IMG/VR virus record: IMGVR_UViG_3300021225_000468
Coordinates: 1-64,000 of that record
From: a virus
DNA length: 64,000 nt
Direction: 5' to 3' (one strand)
Made by a program: the position numbers and the translations under genes. Shown here piece after piece: positions 41,637-50,698 of this stretch (position 1 is its first letter; each line of letters starts with the position of its first letter). The notes beneath the pieces are model-generated. The model was not told where the DNA came from. It saw only the letters and a list, made by a program, of their open reading frames with translations, and searched no databases.

Positions 41637-44540
41637 TTAGATATTTTCAAAAGATGCTCCCGTTGGAGTAATAATAAACTCAACATCTATGAATTCAAGT
41701 GAACGAGTTGGTTTAATATATATTTTACCCCTCAAAGTGTTTGAATCAATATCTTCTGGGTCATTAGATACTGTAACTCTGAATTCGGTAAGACCTCTTT
41801 CTTTTTTAATTGATTCCAAAATTGGATTTACCAATCTCAAGAACTCATTTCTTACTTGTTCATCGTTTTGTTCAAACAATAACCTAATAGCTACAGCAGA
41901 AATCAATTTTCTTGCTCTAAGTAACAATCTTCTGACATTCATTCTATCAAGTGCAGATTCTTTGACTTGAAGAGTTTTGTTACCCCAAATGATTGTTCCA
42001 GTATCCGCAAATGTCGCAATTGGATTGATTCTTGCTTGATACAAATCATCTCTTTCATCCAATGTAAGTTTTTTGTACGCTTTTACTGAATTAACCAAAC
42101 CTCTTTGATAACCAGCAACTGCAAACCAAGGGAATGAAATATTATCTGTTAATGCAATATTTCTCACAACTTCACAAGTAGGTGGAACATATATCAAGTT
42201 ACTACTGTCTTGGTCTCTTACTTGAATCCAGGGCCAATATGTTGCAGAATAGTTAGAATCAACATCTAAAGTTTCCAAATCAGAAATAACTTCTTGGGAT
42301 GTTTCTCTATTTTTAGATGCAATGATGTATAATGAATCTGCTCTATCTGATTCAACCATATCTATCGCCTGTTGAGTTAAAGAACTATGGTCAGAGAAGT
42401 TGATACCAGGAGTTGCAAAAACGTTAATGTCAATCGCTTCAGGATTTGCGAAGGTTTGAATACCTTGTAAATATGAATAATAGTCGGAATTTCCTGTTGT
42501 ATCGTCAAACACACCACTTGTAGCACTGTTTGATGAATGATTAGATACATATGAGGTCTTACCAAAGATGTAGTTATCTGTGAATGTCCTTACATCTCTG
42601 TATATGTCCCAACCATCAAATCCACCTGCAGTTACAAATGTGAACTTCCTGTATCCGATACTATCTAAAAGACCCTTATTAGTACCTTCTAAGTCATATG
42701 GTGTAGTTTCAAACTCATACCCTGTTGGAGTATTACCTGTCAATGTAGAGGCGTTTGTGGACAAATGGAAACCATGTGTGACACCTGTTGAACCTACTCC
42801 TTTATATTTCAACAAATCTTTATCAAATCTATATCCTAATTGACTTGACATACCTAAAGAAACCTTTTTTACTTTATCTCCATTAGATACTACAGGAGTA
42901 CCATCAGGAAGATATCTAACGACATCACCAGCGGACAAGTAATCTTTCTTATATGTTACACCACCTAAAGTAGATGACCCAAAGGTATCGTTTGAAGAAT
43001 AACCTCTAAAACCTGCAGGAATTGCATCTGTTGGGTGATTTGTTGCCATGTTCAACATGATAAATTTTGATTTCAATTCAAATTCACCATCAGAAGTACC
43101 GATTCTCTTTGCAACATATCCTGGTAAATTCGGGTCCATTGAACATCTTGTAAATCTTTCCAAAACAACCATATTTTCGTCTGTGTCGTTGAAATCTCTT
43201 ACAATCACATCAAATTCACCTTTTTCTAAATCGATGTTCTGAACCATAACTTTTACATCATAGTTAGAAGACTCTCCATCAGATATTGTGATAACTTGGA
43301 ATAAATCAACAACTTTGTTACCTCTAACTTCAGAAACTACAAAAGGTGAAGATGAAGTATTCCATGTTGTTAAGAAATCAGTACCATCCAAATTAGTGGA
43401 GATAGTTGTACTGATACCTCTTACTAAACCATTATCAAATAAATTATTTAATAAGTTATTATACACCTCATGAACATATATTGGGAAATCTTCGAAATCT
43501 CTGTCAAACACATCTATACCTAATACTTTAGTTACGAATTTTGAAGATGCACTATCTAATGAACATGTGAAAGATTTCGCTCCACCTGTTGCACCTGTAA
43601 CACCAATTGTAAATTCACCCAAAGGATTTGATTCAATATCATCAACTTCAGTTAATGTCAGACTTGTTGCACCACTTACTTCTCTAATTAATGTTTCATT
43701 TACATATCTACCTCTTGCTCTAAATGTAGCGACAACGATATCTTCATAATCGGTGTTAACTTGTGCATTATATGTATATCTTGTTGTTGTGAAAGAAGTA
43801 GTACCACTATTATATACGAATAAGTAAGAATACACCTTAGTTAAGTCATCTGAGAACATTTCATTATACCATTCTTTTCCATTAGTATTTTCACTGTTCA
43901 AGAAAGATGTTAATGGAGATGGTTGTTCTAAATCTAAATCCAGACTTGTTGTTCCTGAAGACGGTACGTAACCAAGAACAAACCATTTATTATGGTCTGT
44001 TGACGTAAATCCACTGAAATTTTGAACAATATAGGTAGGTATTGTAGTACCATCAATAGATGTTTTACCTGATATTGTAGAATAAAAAGTTGAACCTGTT
44101 ATTCCTGTTGTTGTTGGGATAGTACTACCTGTTGTGTTACCTGATAAACTATTATCCCATGCCTGTAATGCGGTTGTTCCTGTTTGTGTTGGTTGAAGAC
44201 CGCCTAATGTTGTTAAACCATATGTTCTGTATGGTTTATAACCTGTTAAACCTAAAATCCTTGTTACGAATAATTGATTTGATTCTTGTAAATATGATTT
44301 CGCCACATAACCTAATTCATATTTTGGATTACCATTCCCATCTTTCAATGTTGAGGTTCCACCAAAATATGTTCTATACTCATCGAAATCACGAATAAGA
44401 ATTGGTTCAAATGCGGGACCTTTTAAGGTCTCTCCGACCAATCCTAAAGTTGTTACACCGATACTTTGTGCAACAAACGTTAAATCTTTTTCTGATGTAT
44501 AAACACCTGGTGATACAAAAACTCTGTTTGAAGTTGCCAT
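41637..44540 (-). CDS. Tail sheath protein (T4 gp18-like)
   Basis: FVSPGVYTSEKD, GETLKGPAFEP, YSATYWPW, PWFAVAGYQRG, INPIATF, WGNKTLQ, DRMNVRRLL, IKPTRSLEFI. Confidence 0.97.
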   Translation of the reverse strand: MATSNRVFVSPGVYTSEKDLTFVAQSIGVTTLGLVGETLKGPAFEPILIRDFDEYRTYFGGTSTLKDGNGNPKYELGYVAKSYLQESNQLFVTRILGLTGYKPYRTYGLTTLGGLQPTQTGTTALQAWDNSLSGNTTGSTIPTTTGITGSTFYSTISGKTSIDGTTIPTYIVQNFSGFTSTDHNKWFVLGYVPSSGTTSLDLDLEQPSPLTSFLNSENTNGKEWYNEMFSDDLTKVYSYLFVYNSGTTSFTTTRYTYNAQVNTDYEDIVVATFRARGRYVNETLIREVSGATSLTLTEVDDIESNPLGEFTIGVTGATGGAKSFTCSLDSASSKFVTKVLGIDVFDRDFEDFPIYVHEVYNNLLNNLFDNGLVRGISTTISTNLDGTDFLTTWNTSSSPFVVSEVRGNKVVDLFQVITISDGESSNYDVKVMVQNIDLEKGEFDVIVRDFNDTDENMVVLERFTRCSMDPNLPGYVAKRIGTSDGEFELKSKFIMLNMATNHPTDAIPAGFRGYSSNDTFGSSTLGGVTYKKDYLSAGDVVRYLPDGTPVVSNGDKVKKVSLGMSSQLGYRFDKDLLKYKGVGSTGVTHGFHLSTNASTLTGNTPTGYEFETTPYDLEGTNKGLLDSIGYRKFTFVTAGGFDGWDIYRDVRTFTDNYIFGKTSYVSNHSSNSATSGVFDDTTGNSDYYSYLQGIQTFANPEAIDINVFATPGINFSDHSSLTQQAIDMVESDRADSLYIIASKNRETSQEVISDLETLDVDSNYSATYWPWIQVRDQDSSNLIYVPPTCEVVRNIALTDNISFPWFAVAGYQRGLVNSVKAYKKLTLDERDDLYQARINPIATFADTGTIIWGNKTLQVKESALDRMNVRRLLLRARKLISAVAIRLLFEQNDEQVRNEFLRLVNPILESIKKERGLTEFRVTVSNDPEDIDSNTLRGKIYIKPTRSLEFIDVEFIITPTGASFENI

Positions 44541-44639
44541 TGAATTAAAATATTTATATTTATTTTATTACTTATAATATAAATATCTTTAATTTGGTCA
44601 AAGATTGTTGTATATTAATAAACTTATTTTAATTTTTCA

Positions 44640-45899
44640 TCAACTAAAATATACAATACTAATTTGTGACCCAATGACAGGTGAATAATTAAAAGTAAAT
44701 TCAGAATTACCTGTTACAGAATAACCGTTATTTATTTCTTCAACTAATCCATTGATATCTACGGTAATAACATATGATATTGGTTGTATAGTTGTGAATG
44801 TTAACGATGAACCATCATAAGTGAAATATTCAGTATTTAAATTCACTATTTTACCATAATTGTCTATAAATGTATCTGAACTTTTATTCTTATAATAATT
44901 TATAGTAATTACACTTCCTTCTTCAGGAGGTTCATCAAACGTAACTTTTGAAGTTGTCGAAATGTGATAATAATCAACATCTTTTGTTTGTAATAAACCA
45001 TTTACCCCAACGTTCAACAAATTAGTCATAGATTCACCAACACTATATGTTGTGTCAACACCGTTTGCGATTATAGATACTGATTTTACATTGATGTCTC
45101 GATTTATGGATTTCTTTGTCTCTTGTGATGTACCTGTAATAAATTCATTCATTAAAAGAAATCTACTCATCGCGGGTTTTACCTCAAATTCTTCTCTGTC
45201 AACTAATAAACCTAACATGATGAATTTATAATTTTGAATATAAAACCTACGACCATCTATCGTATCCATAGGTGTAGTATCATCATTACTCTGTAATATG
45301 ATTGGTATATAGTGACCTTTTATTAATGTATATGATTGTCTTGAAGCGAATTTCTGTAAAATAATTTTATTCAATAAATTAGTGTCATTAAACTTATTAC
45401 ACACTAACGTAACTTCATATGATATATCAACAGCAACAGGTTGTGGTATTTTATATACATCAGCACCTTTTTTGTTACCATCCCATGTAGGAACTGTTTG
45501 ATAATGAAAAACTTTCCTATCAGGTATTGTCCTTTGTACAGAAGGATTAGTCCCTGGTTGTACATCAGGTTTTCTTATTACAACGATAAATGGTAATTTA
45601 ACGTTACCGTCATTATCTGAAAACGACCAATTAGTTGAAAATTCCGCCCATCTTTGTACTGTCAATATTTTATTAATTACAGGTATTCGTTCCCCATCTG
45701 ATACTACAATAAAATTATTTTTGACATAATCTAACATACCCGTATCCAAATCTTCATGTAAAATTGAATCGGGTAAATATGAATCACTTTTGGTTATATT
45801 ATCTAATAACCTTTGTCTATTATTTTGTACATCCTGACCTAATGTGGTCAGTTTGTTTTCATATACATCTATATTATTCTTTTTCTTAGGTATTGCCAT
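44640..45899 (-). CDS. Tail terminator / sheath stabiliser (gp15-like) with two C-terminal repeat domains
   Basis: Located between neck and sheath genes. VKLPFIVVIR and IPQPVAVDISYEV motifs, plus a duplicated ~65-aa V.VNGL...TF...P..GS.I.I.Y domain. Confidence 0.65.
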   Translation of the reverse strand: MAIPKKKNNIDVYENKLTTLGQDVQNNRQRLLDNITKSDSYLPDSILHEDLDTGMLDYVKNNFIVVSDGERIPVINKILTVQRWAEFSTNWSFSDNDGNVKLPFIVVIRKPDVQPGTNPSVQRTIPDRKVFHYQTVPTWDGNKKGADVYKIPQPVAVDISYEVTLVCNKFNDTNLLNKIILQKFASRQSYTLIKGHYIPIILQSNDDTTPMDTIDGRRFYIQNYKFIMLGLLVDREEFEVKPAMSRFLLMNEFITGTSQETKKSINRDINVKSVSIIANGVDTTYSVGESMTNLLNVGVNGLLQTKDVDYYHISTTSKVTFDEPPEEGSVITINYYKNKSSDTFIDNYGKIVNLNTEYFTYDGSSLTFTTIQPISYVITVDINGLVEEINNGYSVTGNSEFTFNYSPVIGSQISIVYFS

Positions 45900-45900
45900 T

Positions 45901-46410
45901 TTAGAATCCTCTAAATTCGTTCTCTTGTACTATAGCACAAGTTATAGTTCTGTAATGTGGTTTGAATCCAAACATTTTATGTTTATTATCTGATGTGATT
46001 CTACCATCATTAGTGACTTGATAATATCTTAATTTATCTTCTTTATCTGCATATCCAATGTAATCACCGTATCTTATGTCTATATTTAATTCTTCTAAAT
46101 GAGATATATACACCGACACAGTTATATTACCCGCTTCCTGATATCTCATTATACCACCTTTATAAGATGAATTTTTGGCTTCATCAATTTTAACAAGACC
46201 ATTGAATTCTACAGGGGGTAAAAATTTAATATCGTCTTTACCAACTTCACCATATATGTTGTTTATATCGGTTTTATCTCTGTCTACTTGATATAAAACA
46301 AGTTTTATGTTTAAGTCACCATGCAAATACTCTTGACCTAACTTAATTTGTAAATCAAAGTCATCTTGAGAAAAAAATTTCGATAATCTTGTTACTGGTA
46401 GTTTGTTCAT
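45901..46410 (-). CDS. Neck / head-closure protein (gp14-like)
   Basis: NIYGEV....KFLPPVE and HLEELNIDIRYGDYIG motifs, plus gene position. Confidence 0.65.
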   Translation of the reverse strand: MNKLPVTRLSKFFSQDDFDLQIKLGQEYLHGDLNIKLVLYQVDRDKTDINNIYGEVGKDDIKFLPPVEFNGLVKIDEAKNSSYKGGIMRYQEAGNITVSVYISHLEELNIDIRYGDYIGYADKEDKLRYYQVTNDGRITSDNKHKMFGFKPHYRTITCAIVQENEFRGF

Positions 46411-47501
46411 TTAACTTTTTGACGTTTTATTCTTTCTTTAATGTGTGATGAGTATGGATATTTATTTTCATCCATATTTTTTATATTAATTATTTTATAT
46501 GTTTTTTCATAAGGATTTATTTCAATAAATTCTAAATCCATTGTACCGTAAATGTTCAATGGAATTGGAACGACATTATATATGAATTTTTTATAATTTA
46601 TATCATCTAAAAAACTATACTTTTTTCCAAATCTTTTTTCTAAAAAGGCTTTCAATTTATCATTCTTATTATCATGACCATATGATTTATCGACATATGG
46701 TTTATCTCTTGGTAACTGAAATTTTAGCCCTTCTGTTTTAGACACGTATTTATCATCGTCAACAATTGATTGATGACCAAAGAAAAACACTGCTTGTAAA
46801 GGTTCATTTTTATGAATCATACCTAATCCTAAATCATCAACAAATCCTTTAATTCCAATTTTATAAACTAAGTTTGAAAAAAAATTACTTAATTTTTTAT
46901 GACTACGAACTACTTCACCTATTGCATATATCATTAACCAAAAACCCCAAACACCTTCTTTTGATGTACCTAAGAAGTTTGAATATTGTCTATTTGTTTT
47001 AATGTATTCATCACATATACTTATAACCCTTGGATTGTCTTTATATAAATCTTTTATTCTATTAATATATTTCATTATTTTATCTTTACTATCATCTGAT
47101 GTATACAATACATCTGATGTATCTGATATATGAAATAAATAATAAAGTTTATTTTCAGACGCAAACGGGAAAATTCCTCTTGTAAAAAAATCACTATCCG
47201 ACATATCTCTGATTTCCTTAGTATTAGATAGTTTTGTCTTTTTTTTCAATAAAGGAATAATCGGATAACAATATAGTCCAACGGGTGTGTTATATCTTGT
47301 TCTAACATTTATTTCAGAAGTATATAAACCACTTCTAAAAGAAATAAACACATTTTTCAGATTGTGTTTAACTAACATATCTGAAATAATATCGGTATTT
47401 TTTTTTGATACTTGTTGTCTAAATAGTTTTTTATAGGTTTCTACATCTTCATTCATTAATGAAAATATATGTTCCTCTAATTGTTTTTTTGTTAGAATCA
47501 T
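46407..47501 (-). CDS. Hypothetical late protein
   Basis: 364-aa Lys-rich ORF with upstream TATTTAT (47518-47524). Confidence 0.7.
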   Translation of the reverse strand: MILTKKQLEEHIFSLMNEDVETYKKLFRQQVSKKNTDIISDMLVKHNLKNVFISFRSGLYTSEINVRTRYNTPVGLYCYPIIPLLKKKTKLSNTKEIRDMSDSDFFTRGIFPFASENKLYYLFHISDTSDVLYTSDDSKDKIMKYINRIKDLYKDNPRVISICDEYIKTNRQYSNFLGTSKEGVWGFWLMIYAIGEVVRSHKKLSNFFSNLVYKIGIKGFVDDLGLGMIHKNEPLQAVFFFGHQSIVDDDKYVSKTEGLKFQLPRDKPYVDKSYGHDNKNDKLKAFLEKRFGKKYSFLDDINYKKFIYNVVPIPLNIYGTMDLEFIEINPYEKTYKIINIKNMDENKYPYSSHIKERIKRQKVK

Positions 47502-47582
47502 CTAAAATGATTTTTTAATAAATAGTATATTATGTTATTTATTACTACAATAATTCATAGAAAATATATATATTTAGTGAAT

Positions 47583-49334
47583 ATGACAATTGAAACACCT
47601 GAAATTAAAGCTCGAAATATTTTAGAAAATTATGAAGGTTCTAATAATCAAATTTTAGAATGGAAATCTAAATTATTGAATTCTAAAACATTTACTTTAA
47701 CAAGAACACAGTCAGACTACATATACAAATACCATAATATCGTACCAAAAATTGCAAAAAAACATGTTAGAATAGTAAGTTCTTTTGGTGACAAAATAAT
47801 GGATGATAAAAGATTAGTAAGTCCACCTGAAAAAATATGGGTTGAAAAATTATTATGTGAATCTGAAAAGGCATATCACATATGGGGGAAAGTGATTGAT
47901 TCTGAAAATAATTATTCCTTTTGGATACCAAAAACTGCAATCATACAAGAAGAAAAAAAATTGAATAGAGAGATTGATTATTCTAAATATGGAAGTAGAC
48001 CACCTTTAGAACATCAAAAGACCGCTATAGAAAAACTGTTAGCAAATGATAGATTCATATTAGCAGATGATATGGGTTTGGGAAAAACAACAGCATCTGT
48101 AATTGCTTCATTAGAATCTGAGGCAAAAAAAGTTTTAATTATTTGTCCTGCATCACTTAAAATAAATTGGAAGAGAGAAATTGAAAACTACACTGATAGG
48201 AGAATCTTAATTGTTGAAGGAAGAAAATGGGGTTCAACATTTGATTTCTACATTATTAACTACGATATAATAAAAAATTATCATTCTACAGATAACTCTG
48301 AAGATAGTGATGATTATAAATTATTGGTTAACGCAGGATTTGAATTAGCGATTGTGGATGAAGCACATTATCTTTCAAATCCACAAGCAAACAGGACTAA
48401 ACTTCTTAATGATGTACTGTCAAAAATTCCGAAAGTATGGTTACTTACAGGAACACCTATGACATCAAGACCTATGAATTATTATAACCTACTAAAAATA
48501 GTTAATTCTCCATTGACTATTAATTGGCAGACGTATGTAAAAAGATATTGCAAAGGTTATCAATTTAGAGTTGGTAATCGAAAAATATGGAATACAAGTG
48601 GGGCATCTAATCTTGATGAATTGAGAGAATTGACAAAAAATATTGTTTTACGTAGATTAAAAACTGATATATTAGATTTACCTGAAAAAATTATTACACC
48701 TTTATTCTTGGAACTTAAAAGTACATTTTATGATGAAGAGTTAGAGGAGTTCATGAGGATAAGTAACGATAATAAAGAAAAAGAAAGTATCACAGTTACT
48801 TTGAATAGATTGATGAAAATAAGACAATTAATTGCAATGGAGAAAATACCATATACATGTGAATTAATTGACAAAGTTTTAGAACAAGATAAAAAAGTTA
48901 TTGTATTTACAAACTTCACAAATACATTAGATATACTTCATGAAAAGTACAAAAAAAATTCTGTAACACTTGATGGAAGAATGTCAAAAGAAAAGAGACA
49001 AGAAAGTGTTGATAAGTTTCAAAATAACGATAAAGTAAAAATATTCATATCTAATATTATTGCAGGAGGTGTGGGTATAACTCTGACCGCAGCTGAAACA
49101 GTTATTATGAATGATTTATCCTTTGTTCCTGCTCATCACTCACAGGCAGAGGATAGAGCATACAGATATGGTCAAAAAAATTCTGTTCTTGTTTATTATC
49201 CCATATTTGATAATACAATAGAAAGAATTGTATATAATATGTTACAAAAGAAGAAAAATATTATTGACCAAGTTATGGGTGATGGTGAGTATTCTGAATC
49301 ATTTACCAGGGACCTTCTTAATGAAATTTTTTAA
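47583..49334 (+). CDS. SNF2-family helicase/ATPase (SMARCAL1/HARP-like core)
   Basis: LADDMGLGKT, IICPASLKINW, DEAH, LLTGTP, GVGITLT, QAEDRAYRYGQ. The ATG at 47583 is preferred over the track start at 47532. Confidence 0.95.
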   Translation: MTIETPEIKARNILENYEGSNNQILEWKSKLLNSKTFTLTRTQSDYIYKYHNIVPKIAKKHVRIVSSFGDKIMDDKRLVSPPEKIWVEKLLCESEKAYHIWGKVIDSENNYSFWIPKTAIIQEEKKLNREIDYSKYGSRPPLEHQKTAIEKLLANDRFILADDMGLGKTTASVIASLESEAKKVLIICPASLKINWKREIENYTDRRILIVEGRKWGSTFDFYIINYDIIKNYHSTDNSEDSDDYKLLVNAGFELAIVDEAHYLSNPQANRTKLLNDVLSKIPKVWLLTGTPMTSRPMNYYNLLKIVNSPLTINWQTYVKRYCKGYQFRVGNRKIWNTSGASNLDELRELTKNIVLRRLKTDILDLPEKIITPLFLELKSTFYDEELEEFMRISNDNKEKESITVTLNRLMKIRQLIAMEKIPYTCELIDKVLEQDKKVIVFTNFTNTLDILHEKYKKNSVTLDGRMSKEKRQESVDKFQNNDKVKIFISNIIAGGVGITLTAAETVIMNDLSFVPAHHSQAEDRAYRYGQKNSVLVYYPIFDNTIERIVYNMLQKKKNIIDQVMGDGEYSESFTRDLLNEIF

Positions 49335-49529
49335 TTTTTCTAAACCATCATTAATTATCGTTGGTAAATTTTCGTCTTTTTCATTACATACACTAACGAT
49401 AAATTTTGGTTTATCGTTCTCTATTTCATAATGGGCAGAATTAATTTCCCCTTCTAATTGTAATATGAAAGGTATTTTATTTTGACAACAATATCCTAAT
49501 GCGTCCATAAATGGTTTTTCTGTAATCAT
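49299..49529 (-). CDS. Small hypothetical protein
   Basis: 76-aa ATG ORF filling the gap between the SNF2 and neck genes. Confidence 0.5.
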   Translation of the reverse strand: MITEKPFMDALGYCCQNKIPFILQLEGEINSAHYEIENDKPKFIVSVCNEKDENLPTIINDGLEKLKNFIKKVPGK

Positions 49530-49567
49530 ATCTTAAATATAAAGTATTTATAGTAATAACTAAAGAT

Positions 49568-50695
49568 ATGTCCACAGTAATATCACAAACAGATAAAGAA
49601 AAATTATATACACAGATATTCCATTTATTAGGAATGCCTGTAAGAGGAATTGAATTGACTGAAGAACAGATGGATTCTTTCTTGGAATTAAGTATCTCAG
49701 ATTACGAACAATATGTAAGTAATTGGTTGATAGAATCACAATGGTCATCACTTGTAAATGTGGATGTTGATACAATTTCTTTGACAAGAGCATTCACCAC
49801 AAGAAGTTTAGATTACGAAACACAATATCAGTATGCATATTCTAAAATTGTTGGTTTACAAGCTGGCGGTCCATGGGAATTGAAAAAAGATTACATTACA
49901 TTATCAGCAAATACACAATCATACATAATTCCTGCGGGAAGAGAAATTAATGAGTTACTATGGTTCACAAGAGCAGAATTAACAGACTCCATCGTAGACC
50001 CATTCTTAGGAGGTTTTGGTGGTCTTGGTGGTGTTGGCTTTGGTGGTGTTGGAGGATTTGCTCAAATTGGTACATCGGGGTCATATTTTATGTTACCAGC
50101 ATACGACTTACTTTTAAGAATGCAAGACAGAAACATAAAAAATAGACTTATAGGTGGAGAATTAACATATAGAATTACTGCAGGACCTAATGGAACTAAA
50201 GTCGTACACTTACATAATACTCCTGGTGGTAAATTTGATTTCGGTTCGATACAACAACACAATTACCAATTATGGTATTGGTACTATGAAACTACCGATA
50301 ATAGAGATGAGTGTTTAGAGGCAAACAAAGACATCGTGAAATTACCTTCTGATGTTGATACTGAATCATTGACATGGAGTAAATTAAACAAACCTGCACA
50401 AAACTGGGTTAGACGTTATTTAATGACTTATGCAAAAGAAGGTCTATCAAGAATATGGGGTAAATTTTCAGGTGACTTACAAGTTCCTGACAGTACAATT
50501 AAATTAGATTATACATCTTTACAAACAGAGTATAAAGATGAAAGACTAAAATTAGTAGAAGAGTTAATTGGTCCTGAAGGTATTCTGACACGTTTAAGAC
50601 CAGAAAAACTAATGGAACGTAGAAAATTAGAAGCAGAAAACTTAAATGCAACCTTAAAGTATAGGGCAATGATTTACCCTATACAAGTCATCTAA
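49568..50695 (+). CDS. Neck / head-tail adaptor protein (T4 gp13-like)
   Basis: LGMPVRGIELTEEQMD N-terminus, WVRRYLMTYAKEGLSRIWGKF, and upstream TATTTAT. Confidence 0.75.
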   Translation: MSTVISQTDKEKLYTQIFHLLGMPVRGIELTEEQMDSFLELSISDYEQYVSNWLIESQWSSLVNVDVDTISLTRAFTTRSLDYETQYQYAYSKIVGLQAGGPWELKKDYITLSANTQSYIIPAGREINELLWFTRAELTDSIVDPFLGGFGGLGGVGFGGVGGFAQIGTSGSYFMLPAYDLLLRMQDRNIKNRLIGGELTYRITAGPNGTKVVHLHNTPGGKFDFGSIQQHNYQLWYWYYETTDNRDECLEANKDIVKLPSDVDTESLTWSKLNKPAQNWVRRYLMTYAKEGLSRIWGKFSGDLQVPDSTIKLDYTSLQTEYKDERLKLVEELIGPEGILTRLRPEKLMERRKLEAENLNATLKYRAMIYPIQVI

Positions 50696-50698
50696 GTT

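Noticed and set aside
15171-46410. Bacterial eCIS, tailocin or T6SS locus instead of a phage
   Set aside because: Neck proteins, PolB, helicase, gp32-like SSB, RNR, dUTPase and PhoH are interspersed, and no host housekeeping genes are present.
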